DNA of 64,000 nucleotides from Pseudomonadota bacterium (GCA_023229365.1 JALNZK010000002.1:62343-126342); one strand, 5' to 3'. Shown: positions 1 to 9,207, numbered from the stretch's first letter. Made by a program: numbers and translations. The notes: generated from the sequence alone by a model not told the origin.

Positions 1-73
1 TGAGCCTTGCTTGGGCACAAATAGAAGCCAGGGCGTCTCTAAATCCAATTGAATAATATATGTGTTGATCCAT

Positions 74-1480
74 CTAATCCTCCGAGGGGCTGTTATCGCC
101 ACACATTTTCACAATCTTCGGATTAAAGGTTGCAACAATTTCAACCAAATCCGATTGAGCCGCCATAACTGTATCAATATCTTTATAGACCCCAGGGCTT
201 TCGTCTGCCGTGGCGTCCAAGACAATGACACCTTGCCGATCCAAGTTACCTTGGACAGCTTTCCAAACATATTTTTCTTTGGCTTTTTTACGAGACATCA
301 ATCGCCCCGCCCCGTGAGAAGCAGAACAAAGACTCGCCGGATTACCTTTGCCCACCACAATATAAGCAGGCGTGCCCATCGAACCAGGAATTACACCCAG
401 CATACGATGGCTTGCAGGGGTTGCTCCCTTACGATGCACCACTACCTCGCCTTGATTCGGATCATGCGTTTCAAGGAAAGCGAAATTGTGATGATTCTCT
501 ACATTAAATAAAACTTTGGCTCCCAAATTCTGAGCCATAGCCTTGTGAATCAATTGATGATTGGCTTGAGCGAATCGACCCATCAATTGCATTGCGAGCC
601 AATATTCCTGCCCATCATTGGATGCCAAATCCAACCATGCCAGATTTTTCAAATCGTCATATTTCTTCGGCAACTTGGATTGAGCAACCCCGTGATACAT
701 TTGGCATACTGCTGCCCCCGGTCCCCGAGAACCTGAATGAGTCATAATTGCCACATACTCACCAGGGAGCAGCCCAGCAATATCTGCAAGCGATGGCGAA
801 TTTTGTATTTGCAGAATGCCGACATCAATAAAATGATTTCCGCTACCCGAAGTTCCTAGCTGCTTCCAGGCTTTGTCTTTTTGCTGTTTGGTGACTCTGG
901 TAATTCCCCAATCCTCATCCATAACCGGATGATTTTTGGGCTGATCGAAGACCGCATTTCCGCCGTCGCCAATACCAAAACGAGTGCTCTTGGCAATCGC
1001 TTCCCTGTACAAATTAAATTTCTTTTCCAAGGAATTGACTGGCATATCTAGGATTGACAAGCTCATACGGCAAGCAATATCGACGCCGACCGCATTCGGA
1101 CATACGGCTCCTTGCAAAGCCAAAACCCCACCAATGGGCAGTCCGTAACCAACATGACAATCTGGCATAACGGCGGCAGTAACCGCCATCGGCAATGAAC
1201 AAGCTTGCTGCATTTGTCCGTCACAACCCTCTTCCAACGACCCCCATACCTTGTAGGGGATAGCAGCAGATCGAACAAACTGTTGCTCTTGAATTAGAAG
1301 ATTGGCTAAATCTCCGAAGTGTTTATCTCCGACATATTCCTGAGGGTTGGTGAAGAAAGTCTTCATGATAGCCTTGATATTGCGATCATCGCCGCCCTCT
1401 CGGGCTACACGAATAGCATCGACCGCAAGACGGGCACAATCCTCAGGACATCCAAGTTTAACAAGCTGTTTGCCGTTCAT
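74..1480 (-). CDS. rtcB: RNA-splicing ligase RtcB (3-prime-phosphate/5-prime-OH RNA ligase)
   Basis: 468 aa with the RtcB hallmarks SGSGNHF (metal-binding His) and CSASHGAGR near the C-terminus. A GGAGG Shine-Dalgarno lies upstream and a consensus promoter sits at about 1510-1538. Confidence 0.8.
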   Translation of the reverse strand: MNGKQLVKLGCPEDCARLAVDAIRVAREGGDDRNIKAIMKTFFTNPQEYVGDKHFGDLANLLIQEQQFVRSAAIPYKVWGSLEEGCDGQMQQACSLPMAVTAAVMPDCHVGYGLPIGGVLALQGAVCPNAVGVDIACRMSLSILDMPVNSLEKKFNLYREAIAKSTRFGIGDGGNAVFDQPKNHPVMDEDWGITRVTKQQKDKAWKQLGTSGSGNHFIDVGILQIQNSPSLADIAGLLPGEYVAIMTHSGSRGPGAAVCQMYHGVAQSKLPKKYDDLKNLAWLDLASNDGQEYWLAMQLMGRFAQANHQLIHKAMAQNLGAKVLFNVENHHNFAFLETHDPNQGEVVVHRKGATPASHRMLGVIPGSMGTPAYIVVGKGNPASLCSASHGAGRLMSRKKAKEKYVWKAVQGNLDRQGVIVLDATADESPGVYKDIDTVMAAQSDLVEIVATFNPKIVKMCGDNSPSED

Positions 1481-1509
1481 GATTTTTCCTCCAATAGACT
1501 ATCTCCCTC

Positions 1510-1538
1510 ATTATACTCCAGAAATGCCAGAATGTAAC
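1510..1538 (-). promoter_or_regulatory. sigma70-like promoter (GTTACA-N17-TATAAT read on minus strand)
   Basis: Plus strand reads ATTATA-N17-TGTAAC, so the minus strand reads GTTACA-17nt-TATAAT. It lies about 30 nt upstream of the rtcB ATG and is one of seven near-identical motifs in the window. Confidence 0.6.
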
Positions 1539-1618
1539 CCCAAAAAACTGCAATTCTTGCTCTAATAAGGCATTAGATTGTTTTAAAATAAGGACAAGTC
1601 GCTGCATATCTATCAATC

Positions 1619-2275
1619 ATGCAATCATACCAAAACTGGAAAGCGAACGAACAGTTATTGACCGAAGCAGTCGAGCTTCTGGAGGCTGTTCGTGTCGATG
1701 TTGGCGAATTAGAAAAAATTCTCTCTAAGGCCCAGAGCGGCGATCCAGAAGCCAGTGAATATTGGCCAATTTTAGTAAAAGCTTTCTTGGAAGGCTATTT
1801 GAATAAATTTGGCTTCCAAGCTGGCTTAAACCATCAGGAAAAAGAAGAGGTTATGCAAAACGTCCTAATGCAACTCACTCGTAACCTTAGAGGCTCATTC
1901 GGCCAAGCAATGGAAATTGGAAGAAACACAAGAGGATGGTTGGTCACCATTTTGAAAAATGCCATTATAGATCGACAAAGAAAAACAATTAAAAACAAAA
2001 AAACCAAAAGTCTTACCTTAGACTTTGATGACGATCATCCAAAATCTTCGGAACCAAATCCACACGACGTTATGAGTCGCATGGAAACTGCGGAAAAAGT
2101 GCGAAGTGCCATCGCTTCTTTGGACCCAATCCATCAAGAGGTTTTGATAATGTTTTATCAAAATGGCATGAAGTATGATGATATAGCTCAGACGCTACAC
2201 ATTCCGCCAGGAACCGTCAAAAGTCGAATAGCTGCGGCTAAAGACAGATTGCGAAAAAAGATAGAAGAAATTTAA
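1619..2275 (+). CDS. RNA polymerase sigma factor, ECF/sigma-70 family
   Basis: The C-terminal sigma-70 region 4 helix-turn-helix is clear (EVLIMFYQNGMKYDDIAQTLHIPPGTVKSRIAAAKDRLRKK). A region-2-like segment lies in the middle. A GC hairpin sits downstream at about 2283-2310. Confidence 0.75.
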   Translation: MQSYQNWKANEQLLTEAVELLEAVRVDVGELEKILSKAQSGDPEASEYWPILVKAFLEGYLNKFGFQAGLNHQEKEEVMQNVLMQLTRNLRGSFGQAMEIGRNTRGWLVTILKNAIIDRQRKTIKNKKTKSLTLDFDDDHPKSSEPNPHDVMSRMETAEKVRSAIASLDPIHQEVLIMFYQNGMKYDDIAQTLHIPPGTVKSRIAAAKDRLRKKIEEI

Positions 2276-2521
2276 TGCAAGAGCCGCCCTTTTGGGACGG
2301 CTCTCGATCTGTCTCTACGCATGGCAGAGCAGGCTATTCGACTACAAGCAGCATTGCTTCGACAGAATCACCGAGAGGAATAAAAACAGCATCAAAACTC
2401 TCTGATGCCAGTGGTTCTGTCCATTTGTCGTCCTCAAAACCATTGCATTGAACGTCACGCATCACTTCTGCAAATTGATGAAGAGCGGCAGTAAATTCTT
2501 TGACTTTCATCTGGTAGTTTC

Positions 2522-3361
2522 CTAGTCCAAGAAAGCAACGTGTCGCATTGCTCTGGCTTTGGTTTCCTCATTCGGCAAAACTCGATACCAACCATCCAAG
2601 AGAACGGTTTTGTGGTCACTGTGGCGGATTTTGCCCCGCACATAAACCTCGGGGTCACGCACCATCGTTCTCCACAACACACCCTTGCGTTGATCCAGCG
2701 GCAGAGCAGCGTAAGCCTTTGCGGTAATTCCATTGGGGTGACTGCCATTGACATAAACGGTGGTGCCACCGATGCGATACAACTCCTCAGCCATGTGCGG
2801 CTTGCCACGTCCACGCTGCAAGGGTTCGTTTTTCAAAATGAGGCTTTTGTCTACCTTCAAGTTTTTGGCGGGCATAAAAAACCATTCACCTTGACGAATA
2901 TAAGCTTCGGTCTTGCGACGTTTCTTGTCCCTGGCCTTCATTTTCTTGGTCGATTGAGCCTGCAAAACCTGTGCGGGTTTCAGGGCCTCCATCGCTTGGG
3001 GGACACTCGACGCACCGGAGGTCTCGGGAATGGCAGCGGTGAACCAATCCCGCTCATCGTGACCACAGAGGAATTTGCTCTTCGTATCGTGGCCTTTGCC
3101 GTCGTCAATCTTCGTGAGCAGAAGCAGGTGGCGGTCCTTGGGACGAACATCCAGAACCTGCAATTCGACATCGTTCCCCACTTGGAGATCGAAGTAAGTA
3201 CCTTCTTTGTCCTTGCGAACATCGACTCTTACCGACTGATTGCGTGGCAATCCTGCGGTGAATCGCTGACCAGCCCGCAAGCGGGGGTCGTCGCCCAAAG
3301 TCGCAACCTTGACCCGTGCCCCCATCGCTTCAAATTTTTTGGATAATGCCGTAGTGTTCAT
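2522..3361 (-). CDS. hypothetical protein
   Basis: 279 aa ORF. Its ATG lies 6 nt downstream (in transcription sense) of the consensus -10 box at 3368-3373, so the transcript is probably leaderless. Confidence 0.5.
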   Translation of the reverse strand: MNTTALSKKFEAMGARVKVATLGDDPRLRAGQRFTAGLPRNQSVRVDVRKDKEGTYFDLQVGNDVELQVLDVRPKDRHLLLLTKIDDGKGHDTKSKFLCGHDERDWFTAAIPETSGASSVPQAMEALKPAQVLQAQSTKKMKARDKKRRKTEAYIRQGEWFFMPAKNLKVDKSLILKNEPLQRGRGKPHMAEELYRIGGTTVYVNGSHPNGITAKAYAALPLDQRKGVLWRTMVRDPEVYVRGKIRHSDHKTVLLDGWYRVLPNEETKARAMRHVAFLD

Positions 3362-3367
3362 GCCCTT

Positions 3368-3395
3368 ATTATACTCCAGATTCTTTGTTTGTAAA
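3368..3395 (-). promoter_or_regulatory. sigma70-like promoter (TTTACA-N16-TATAAT on minus strand)
   Basis: Plus strand reads ATTATACTCCAGATTCTTTGTTTGTAAA, immediately upstream of the 2522..3361 gene. Confidence 0.6.
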
Positions 3396-3398
3396 CCA

Positions 3399-3587
3399 TC
3401 ATTTCCAGAATTTCCAGACGGTTTTTAATTCCTCATCTGGGGATGCTTTCCACTCAGGAAGACTACATCCATGTTCTCGGCTAAAAGACAGATACAAACT
3501 CTCTTCCCTGCCGCAACGATGACACTGCTTTCTAGTAGGGCTCATCATAACCCAACTATGACCAATAAGTTTGCAAAATAATTTCAT
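3399..3587 (-). CDS. small zinc-finger protein (GHSW...CxRCG motif, DUF1660-like)
   Basis: 62 aa carrying LIGHSWV....CHRCGRE, which resembles the GHKW zinc-finger family found in prophages. Confidence 0.3.
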   Translation of the reverse strand: MKLFCKLIGHSWVMMSPTRKQCHRCGREESLYLSFSREHGCSLPEWKASPDEELKTVWKFWK

Positions 3588-3839
3588 TTAAGTAGGCGAA
3601 GCATAATCGTGAAATTTCTTCTGATCGGCTGGATTTATTCGAACCTCTTTGACCATCACTGTGTTTTTCAACAACATCGGCAAAGAACCATTTAATATCT
3701 CCAATGCCGTCAAAGCATCCAATTCTGTACCATACCAATTACCCTGCAATACCGTATCATCGTCATATGTGCTGGCATCTTGGCGGAACAATCCCCATTT
3801 AGTAGTACGATCAGCAACTGTAGGTGTTCGTTGTGTCAT
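3588..3839 (-). CDS. hypothetical protein
   Basis: 83 aa ORF co-directional with its neighbours. Confidence 0.3.
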   Translation of the reverse strand: MTQRTPTVADRTTKWGLFRQDASTYDDDTVLQGNWYGTELDALTALEILNGSLPMLLKNTVMVKEVRINPADQKKFHDYASPT

Positions 3840-4018
3840 ACATTATTTAGTTGTTGTAAAGCCAAAACTATTTTGTCAAAATCTAAAACAACAATATGCT
3901 TGGCTACTTTGCATTCCACACCTTCCTTAGTAATAGCTGTTACTACAGCCGGGTGTCCAGAAACCTCCAAAGTAGTACCAACACCAATCAACGGCGTTAC
4001 TGGCTCTTTGTCTTTCAT
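3836..4018 (-). CDS. hypothetical protein
   Basis: 60 aa ORF whose stop/start overlaps the neighbouring gene by 4 nt. Confidence 0.3.
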   Translation of the reverse strand: MKDKEPVTPLIGVGTTLEVSGHPAVVTAITKEGVECKVAKHIVVLDFDKIVLALQQLNNV

Positions 4019-4068
4019 GTTTTTAATATAGCAACTTTTATAAAAAAATGCAACTATGATAAAAAAGA

Positions 4069-5145
4069 ATGTACGATTATTTAATAGTGGGAAGTGGTTT
4101 GTTTGGAAGCACTTTTGCCAGAAAAGCCAAGGATGCAGGACAATCTGTGCTTGTAATCGAGAAAGAAAAACATGTTGGCGGGCATGTACGCACAGAAATT
4201 ATGGATGGAATCATAGTCTCACTATTCGGACCCCACATTTTTCACACCAAACACAAACATGTGTGGGATTTCGTCAACAAATTTAGTGAATTTAATCATT
4301 ATCGTCATCAAGTCAAAGCTAATTACAATGGAAAAATTATTTCTTTGCCATTTAATATGATGACATTCCACCAATTATGGGGGTGTATCACACCTGCTGA
4401 TGTTGAGGCTGAATTAGCAAAACGTCAAATTCCTATCGACAACCCACAAAATATGGAAGAATGGTGTTTAAGCCAATTGGGAGAGGAAATTTACCATACA
4501 TTAATATATCACTATACCAAAAAACAATGGAATCGTGATCCCAAGACACTTCCTGCCTCTATTATTAAAAGGCTGCCAATTCGTATGTCGTATGATGAAT
4601 CATACTTCGATGATCCCTATCAGGGCATGCCCATACATGGTTATACGCCACTAGTGGAAAAAATGTTAGATGGTATAGCCGTGCAGTTGGGAACTGATTT
4701 TAAAGAAATAAAAAATGATTGGAGGAAAATAGGAAAAAAACTTGTATACAGCGGAAAAATAGACGAATTCTTTGATTTTTGTTATGGAGAATTGGATTAT
4801 AGGACTATAGATTTCCAAACTACCGTTTTAGATGGCAATTTTCAAGGCGTAGCTCAAATGAATCACACTGGTGAATTACCAGTTTATACAAGAACCATAG
4901 AACACAAACATTTTTATTTTATAAATTCACCAAAAACAGTCATCACCTACGAGTTTTCGCAAGCCGCAACAAACACAAGTGCTCCAGATTATCCTGTGAT
5001 TGATGATAAAAATAAAAAAATATCTGGACTCTACAAGGCTATGCAAAGTCCAGATATTCTATTTGGAGGAAGATTGGGCACCCATAGTTATTTAAACATG
5101 GATGACTGCATTGATATGGCTTTAAGACTGTCCAGCTTCATATAA
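4069..5145 (+). CDS. glf: UDP-galactopyranose mutase
   Basis: The N-terminus MYDYLIVGSGLFGSTFARKAKDAGQSVLVIEKEKHVGGHVRTE is the typical Glf FAD-binding Rossmann start. The 358 aa length also fits Glf. Confidence 0.85.
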   Translation: MYDYLIVGSGLFGSTFARKAKDAGQSVLVIEKEKHVGGHVRTEIMDGIIVSLFGPHIFHTKHKHVWDFVNKFSEFNHYRHQVKANYNGKIISLPFNMMTFHQLWGCITPADVEAELAKRQIPIDNPQNMEEWCLSQLGEEIYHTLIYHYTKKQWNRDPKTLPASIIKRLPIRMSYDESYFDDPYQGMPIHGYTPLVEKMLDGIAVQLGTDFKEIKNDWRKIGKKLVYSGKIDEFFDFCYGELDYRTIDFQTTVLDGNFQGVAQMNHTGELPVYTRTIEHKHFYFINSPKTVITYEFSQAATNTSAPDYPVIDDKNKKISGLYKAMQSPDILFGGRLGTHSYLNMDDCIDMALRLSSFI

Positions 5146-5320
5146 ATAAATTATTTTTTCCAATTCCACAATATCACGACATCTCTGACAAGTGATATTA
5201 TATCGCCAACAAGCCGTTGGATTCGTGGCCAAACTATGTGAACACCCACAAGGCTGCCAAGCTAATTCCTGCCTCTTTTTCCAAGCACGCAAATATTGCA
5301 ATTCAGCTATTGATTCCATT

Positions 5321-5572
5321 TTAGCCTTGCGGTCCAGTCTGACCTGTAGCATTGCTTTCGGAAACAGAATTGGCGGGTCCAGAGCCCTCTATGACTATTG
5401 GTTTGCTCATACAACATTTGCCAAATTTCTTGCCCGAACCACACTTGCAGGGCTCAGTATACATTTTAGCATACCTTTCTTTTTGCAATTGCTCTGCCAG
5501 TTGTTTGGGCAAACAACATTTTTTGAACTTTATATTGCTTCCGCACGGACATGGACTGTTTCTAACACTCAT
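5321..5572 (-). CDS. SEC-C metal-binding motif protein
   Basis: Two copies of the SEC-C motif are present: CPCGSNIKFKKCC and CKCGSGKKFGKCC. Confidence 0.5.
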   Translation of the reverse strand: MSVRNSPCPCGSNIKFKKCCLPKQLAEQLQKERYAKMYTEPCKCGSGKKFGKCCMSKPIVIEGSGPANSVSESNATGQTGPQG

Positions 5573-5578
5573 AATTAT

Positions 5579-5893
5579 TTACCTATGAAAGTGATGTGGT
5601 TGATATGATGGACGATAATAATAGGATGGATATGGTTGATAATATCGATAATAATATGGCTGATACACTGGGCGAGACCAGAACATTGGTGGATAATTAT
5701 CAAAGGGCCTTGCATAACTTTGTCGAGCTAAGCCTGGATAATAATCATAAAGCGTCCTGGGCGTTCTCACAGCCCTATTTCTTTCCATATCTCCATATAC
5801 TTGATCGATCCTCATCTGTGGAGTTGGTGTAAAACCCATGCTCGGTGGCTGGGCGGATACAAGCACTACGCTTAATAATAAAGCTGAAATCAT
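5579..5893 (-). CDS. secreted Tyr/Pro-rich small protein
   Basis: An N-terminal hydrophobic signal-like segment (MISALLLSVVLVSAQP) is followed by a low-complexity Y/P/Q-rich tail (YQPYYYRYYQPYPSYYYRPSYQP). Confidence 0.4.
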   Translation of the reverse strand: MISALLLSVVLVSAQPPSMGFTPTPQMRIDQVYGDMERNRAVRTPRTLYDYYPGLARQSYARPFDNYPPMFWSRPVYQPYYYRYYQPYPSYYYRPSYQPHHFHR

Positions 5894-5962
5894 AATAATA
5901 CCTCATAAATGTTTATATTTTAAATATAGCGTAAAATAAATTAAATTGCAATATGAATCAAT

Positions 5963-5999
5963 AAAAAAAGGAGAGGCAATTTTGCCTCTCCTTTTTTTT
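5963..5999. terminator. bidirectional rho-independent terminator
   Basis: A perfect 9-bp stem (GGAGAGGCA / TGCCTCTCC) encloses a 4-nt loop. It is flanked by an A-run on one side and a T-run on the other. It lies just downstream of the minus-strand gene 6015..6344. Confidence 0.7.
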
Positions 6000-6014
6000 A
6001 TTCAGTTTGTTTAG

Positions 6015-6344
6015 TTATTCATCGTCATCGTCTTCCCAATCCTCTTCGTCGTCGTCATCATCGTCATCGTCTTCCCAATCCTCTTCGTCGTCATCATCGT
6101 CATCGTCGTCTTCCCACTCCTCTTCATCGTCATCGTCGTCTAAATCGTCATATTCGTCGTCGTCATCGTCATCGTCGTCATCGAAATCCTCATCCTCATC
6201 ATCGAAATCCTCATCGTCATCTGCCATAGAGCAATTTGCTTGATTGGATTGGACTCGTTCCCACGCACAAGCAGCCACCCGTCGAACTTCTCGCCGGGCT
6301 TCTTCCGACAAGCCACTGTCGAATACTTTCAATCGAATACTCAT
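6015..6344 (-). CDS. hyper-acidic Asp/Glu-repeat protein (possible DNA mimic)
   Basis: 109 aa with a normal N-terminal 40 aa followed by about 65 aa of EEDWEDDDDDDDD repeats. An AAGGAG Shine-Dalgarno lies upstream and the terminator lies downstream. The plus-strand poly-Ser ORF 6007..6243 is its antisense shadow. Confidence 0.55.
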   Translation of the reverse strand: MSIRLKVFDSGLSEEARREVRRVAACAWERVQSNQANCSMADDDEDFDDEDEDFDDDDDDDDDEYDDLDDDDDEEEWEDDDDDDDDEEDWEDDDDDDDDEEDWEDDDDE

Positions 6345-6385
6345 GGATAATCTCCTTTAAAAATAAATCCTTGGTATGTAGCAAC

Positions 6386-6688
6386 CTATGTTGGTTTTTT
6401 CTTTTGTTGTACCTTTTTTTTCAGCACTAATTCTGTAAACTCCAACAAATCAGACCGCATCAGAAGCATATCTCTGTGCATTTCCTCTAGTTTTTCTTCT
6501 GTGTTAAACTCTTGCACTTCTTCCCCAGCTTTTACAACAGATCGCTCGCCATTACACACCAACTCCAACCAATCACCCCACTCCTCATCAAAAAAAGCTA
6601 CGTGTCCCCGAATGTTTACTGCGTGTTCCTTACATAGGCGGTCAAGTTTCCGTAAGAATGACCCCACCCGTTGTTTGTCGGTTATCAT
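6386..6688 (-). CDS. hypothetical protein
   Basis: 100 aa ORF. Confidence 0.4.
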   Translation of the reverse strand: MITDKQRVGSFLRKLDRLCKEHAVNIRGHVAFFDEEWGDWLELVCNGERSVVKAGEEVQEFNTEEKLEEMHRDMLLMRSDLLEFTELVLKKKVQQKKKPT

Positions 6689-6714
6689 AACGCACCACTG
6701 TGTCCTTGGTTAAT

Positions 6715-6951
6715 TCAACAATGTTTCGGATTTCCAAGCCCAAACTCCACGGTGTACTTCCCCGGCAACAAACTGGTTTCCAAGAACCCTACCCCTTTCT
6801 GCACAAAATTTCCCTTATCATCCCCGATCCATATCTCTATGTCGGAAACCCCAGCATCAATCGTCAATTTGCAATAAGGATTACTCAAGGTTCTGAACAT
6901 CTGATTAGAAGATTCGCCCCACCCAACCGGCCCACAAATCACACCATTCAT
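6715..6951 (-). CDS. hypothetical protein
   Basis: 78 aa ORF. Confidence 0.3.
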   Translation of the reverse strand: MNGVICGPVGWGESSNQMFRTLSNPYCKLTIDAGVSDIEIWIGDDKGNFVQKGVGFLETSLLPGKYTVEFGLGNPKHC

Positions 6952-7241
6952 AGTTGATATCCACTATATTTGCCGTAAGCTGGCAACACGTCTGGTTTTT
7001 TCTTGGCACGGCGTCTTTCAGTGCGTACTTTGAGCTTCTTCAAAGCAGTTTTAACTTTTCCAGAATATCCATCAGCCTGTTCTGCCAGTCCCATGCTTTG
7101 TTACCTCTATCTTCCCGTTCTTTCGCCTCAATGTAGTGCAACGAAACTTTTTTGTCAAATCGTCGCCATTCTTTAAGGCTTCGTTGAATTCCTTCAACCC
7201 CTTGATGATCTTTTTGCCTACTTTACTCATTTGGTTTACCC

Positions 7242-7685
7242 TTACCCAGGCGAGAAACCACCAAAAAGCCCGCCGAAAAGCTGTCGCAACATGTCGTTGG
7301 GCTCTGCTGATTTATCAGAAGCAACAACCATGAAGCCTTTTCTAATCCCCACTCGGGCCTTGTTCACCGCTTCGGGATACTGCTTGTATATAGCCTGCCA
7401 AAGCATCCCATCCCAGAGATTCGCCATAGTTTTATAGTTTCCTGCTTTGTGGCACAAGCAAATTGCTTTCTCTTTATCTCTTTCGTATTTTGCCGACAAC
7501 ATCAATTCGTCAGCGTTGCGATGACAAAGGTCTCGCAAAGTATACATTTTCTTTGCCTCATCATTGGCAACTCCGATTTCTATGTCGCTAGGGTCCACTT
7601 CGGCAACGGGATCATTGAAATCTTCAGGGCCAATGCTGTCTAGCTCATGCTGCAACCACGACAAAAATGTTGTAGGATTATCCAT
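7242..7685 (-). CDS. hypothetical protein
   Basis: 147 aa ORF. Confidence 0.45.
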   Translation of the reverse strand: MDNPTTFLSWLQHELDSIGPEDFNDPVAEVDPSDIEIGVANDEAKKMYTLRDLCHRNADELMLSAKYERDKEKAICLCHKAGNYKTMANLWDGMLWQAIYKQYPEAVNKARVGIRKGFMVVASDKSAEPNDMLRQLFGGLFGGFSPG

Positions 7686-7696
7686 TTTATTGTCCT

Positions 7697-8017
7697 TTAT
7701 CGAAAATCATCAGGTCCACTTGCCACAACTTCACCAAAATCACACTTGCGTTCCTGTGTCGGCTGTGTCGGCTCTGTGCGAAAACGCAAATAGGTTGTCA
7801 TGCCCTTGGTTTCCCTCACATCAACAAACCACCCAGCTTTCTCAAACTTCCTCACCACCCTTGTAAGCAATTTAGCATCCTGCAAATTGCTTATAGCCCT
7901 GTTTTCAGAGCCCGAAATCTTGATGAGACACTTTTGCTGCCGCAATTCCTTGTTAATTGCTTTAACAGCCTCTTTGACACCAAGCTTATGCACTCTTTGG
8001 GGGGTAGTTGCTTTCAT
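7697..8017 (-). CDS. hypothetical protein
   Basis: 106 aa ORF with a GGAGAAAT Shine-Dalgarno and a consensus promoter just upstream. Confidence 0.45.
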   Translation of the reverse strand: MKATTPQRVHKLGVKEAVKAINKELRQQKCLIKISGSENRAISNLQDAKLLTRVVRKFEKAGWFVDVRETKGMTTYLRFRTEPTQPTQERKCDFGEVVASGPDDFR

Positions 8018-8028
8018 ATTTCTCCCTG

Positions 8029-8056
8029 GGCTGCTCCTATTATACTTCAGAAACAG
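8029..8056 (-). promoter_or_regulatory. sigma70-like promoter (TTTACA-N16-TATAAT on minus strand)
   Basis: Plus strand reads ATTATACTTCAGAAACAGAGGTTGTAAA. Confidence 0.6.
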
Positions 8057-8267
8057 AGGTTGTAAACTCTTTTCGTTTAAACCAATAAAAACCCCTGTGT
8101 TTTACCCAGCCGCCTACGGAAATGTAGAAGAAATACTTCCACAACATCGCAAGCCACCCAACCCCATAAATATAGGCAACCCACTCAGAATGGTTGCTGA
8201 ACATCAACAACAATGGCAGAATGATGAGAATAGTTAAAACAATCACAATCTGTAGCGTTGTTTTCAT
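8040..8267 (-). CDS. small membrane protein
   Basis: 75 aa with two hydrophobic helices. Its 3-prime end overlaps the promoter of the downstream gene. Confidence 0.35.
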   Translation of the reverse strand: MKTTLQIVIVLTILIILPLLLMFSNHSEWVAYIYGVGWLAMLWKYFFYISVGGWVKHRGFYWFKRKEFTTSVSEV

Positions 8268-8270
8268 AGG

Positions 8271-8341
8271 GTGGCCGACGAGAATCGAACTCGTATACCC
8301 GGATTCACAGTCCAGTTCCTAAGCCATTCGGACACGGCCAC
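8271..8341 (-). tRNA. tRNA-His (GTG)
   Basis: Cloverleaf readable on the minus strand: acceptor GTGGCCG/CGGCCAC, anticodon loop CTGTGAA, T-arm ACGAG-TTCGATT-CTCGT, discriminator C. The genome does not encode a G at position -1. Confidence 0.6.
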
Positions 8342-8343
8342 AG

Positions 8344-8416
8344 TGAGACCAGACGGACTTGAACCGTCACCTACTTCCTTAAGAGGGAAGAATGCTGCCG
8401 CTAACACCTTGGTCCC
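8344..8416 (-). tRNA. tRNA-Lys (CTT)
   Basis: Acceptor GGGACCA/TGGTCTC, anticodon stem CTTCC/GGAAG with loop CTCTTAA, T-arm GACGG-TTCAAGT-CCGTC. Confidence 0.6.
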
Positions 8417-8421
8417 AAAAA

Positions 8422-8703
8422 TCATTCAAAATCCACAATCTGACAACGACGATCAGAGTGATATTTTCCCAACACAACTTCCAACATTTCTTTATCAGAA
8501 AGAATTCCCTTGTCCGACAAAGTAGAAACTAAATTGCCGAGCACTTCGGCAAGTCTTTTGATCCTATCTTCGATTCCATTGTGCCTGTCGTAGAAGTCAT
8601 CCTTTCCTTCCATGACAAAATGCTCAACAAATTGTTCAACAGAAAATTCCTCAACAAATTCACCAGTGCTTGGGTGCGGAGTACCAAATCTTACTGTTTT
8701 CAC
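8422..8703 (-). CDS. hypothetical protein
   Basis: 93 aa ORF. Confidence 0.35.
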   Translation of the reverse strand: MKTVRFGTPHPSTGEFVEEFSVEQFVEHFVMEGKDDFYDRHNGIEDRIKRLAEVLGNLVSTLSDKGILSDKEMLEVVLGKYHSDRRCQIVDFE

Positions 8704-8918
8704 GATTCACCTCCTCCAAATAACGCTTCCAAATCTTCAGCGTCAATCACTCGCTGTCCATCGCTCAGTTGATAGACTTTCAGCTTCACGCCACCTAAAT
8801 CCAAAACGCCTCTGTGTGTGGCGAATGGAACTTCACCATCCAATTCTGGCGGTTCGGCAGGAAGAGACTCCCACTCCACCCCATCCAACAAAATTTGTAT
8901 TGGAGATTTGGATTCCAT
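8700..8918 (-). CDS. hypothetical protein
   Basis: 72 aa ORF with a consensus promoter 9 nt upstream. Confidence 0.4.
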   Translation of the reverse strand: MESKSPIQILLDGVEWESLPAEPPELDGEVPFATHRGVLDLGGVKLKVYQLSDGQRVIDAEDLEALFGGGES

Positions 8919-8927
8919 ATTGCCCTC

Positions 8928-8955
8928 ATTATACTTCAGAAATTGACGTTGTAAA
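8928..8955 (-). promoter_or_regulatory. sigma70-like promoter (TTTACA-N16-TATAAT on minus strand)
   Basis: Plus strand reads ATTATACTTCAGAAATTGACGTTGTAAA. Confidence 0.6.
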
Positions 8956-9207
8956 CCAATTCATTACCACGGCTTTCATTTGATCGCCAAACTCTTCAAT
9001 AGCTGCCTCAACCTCCCTGAAATCATCCCCTTCCTGCCACAAAACATCAGAACACTCCATCATCCCCTTCGGACTAAAATCAAACAAACGCTCAACAACT
9101 TCAAGTTTCTGCTCTCTTGTTAGTTGCATCTCATCCTCCACAACCACAAGGACTAAAATCCATATTTCGTTCTTTGGATAATTTATCAATACTTCCGTCT
9201 TCTGCAC
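8929..9207 (-). CDS. hypothetical protein
   Basis: 92 aa ORF. Confidence 0.3.
   Translation of the reverse strand: MQKTEVLINYPKNEIWILVLVVVEDEMQLTREQKLEVVERLFDFSPKGMMECSDVLWQEGDDFREVEAAIEEFGDQMKAVVMNWFTTSISEV

Noticed and set aside
2540-3346. Plus-strand 268-aa ORF.
   Set aside because: It is fully antisense to the minus-strand gene 2522..3361, which has a consensus promoter. The ORF is low-complexity Val/Gly/Leu-rich shadow sequence.
6007-6243. Plus-strand poly-Ser ORF (78 aa).
   Set aside because: It is the antisense shadow of the acidic-protein gene, which has a Shine-Dalgarno, a proper N-terminus and a downstream terminator. The poly-Ser ORF has none of these.
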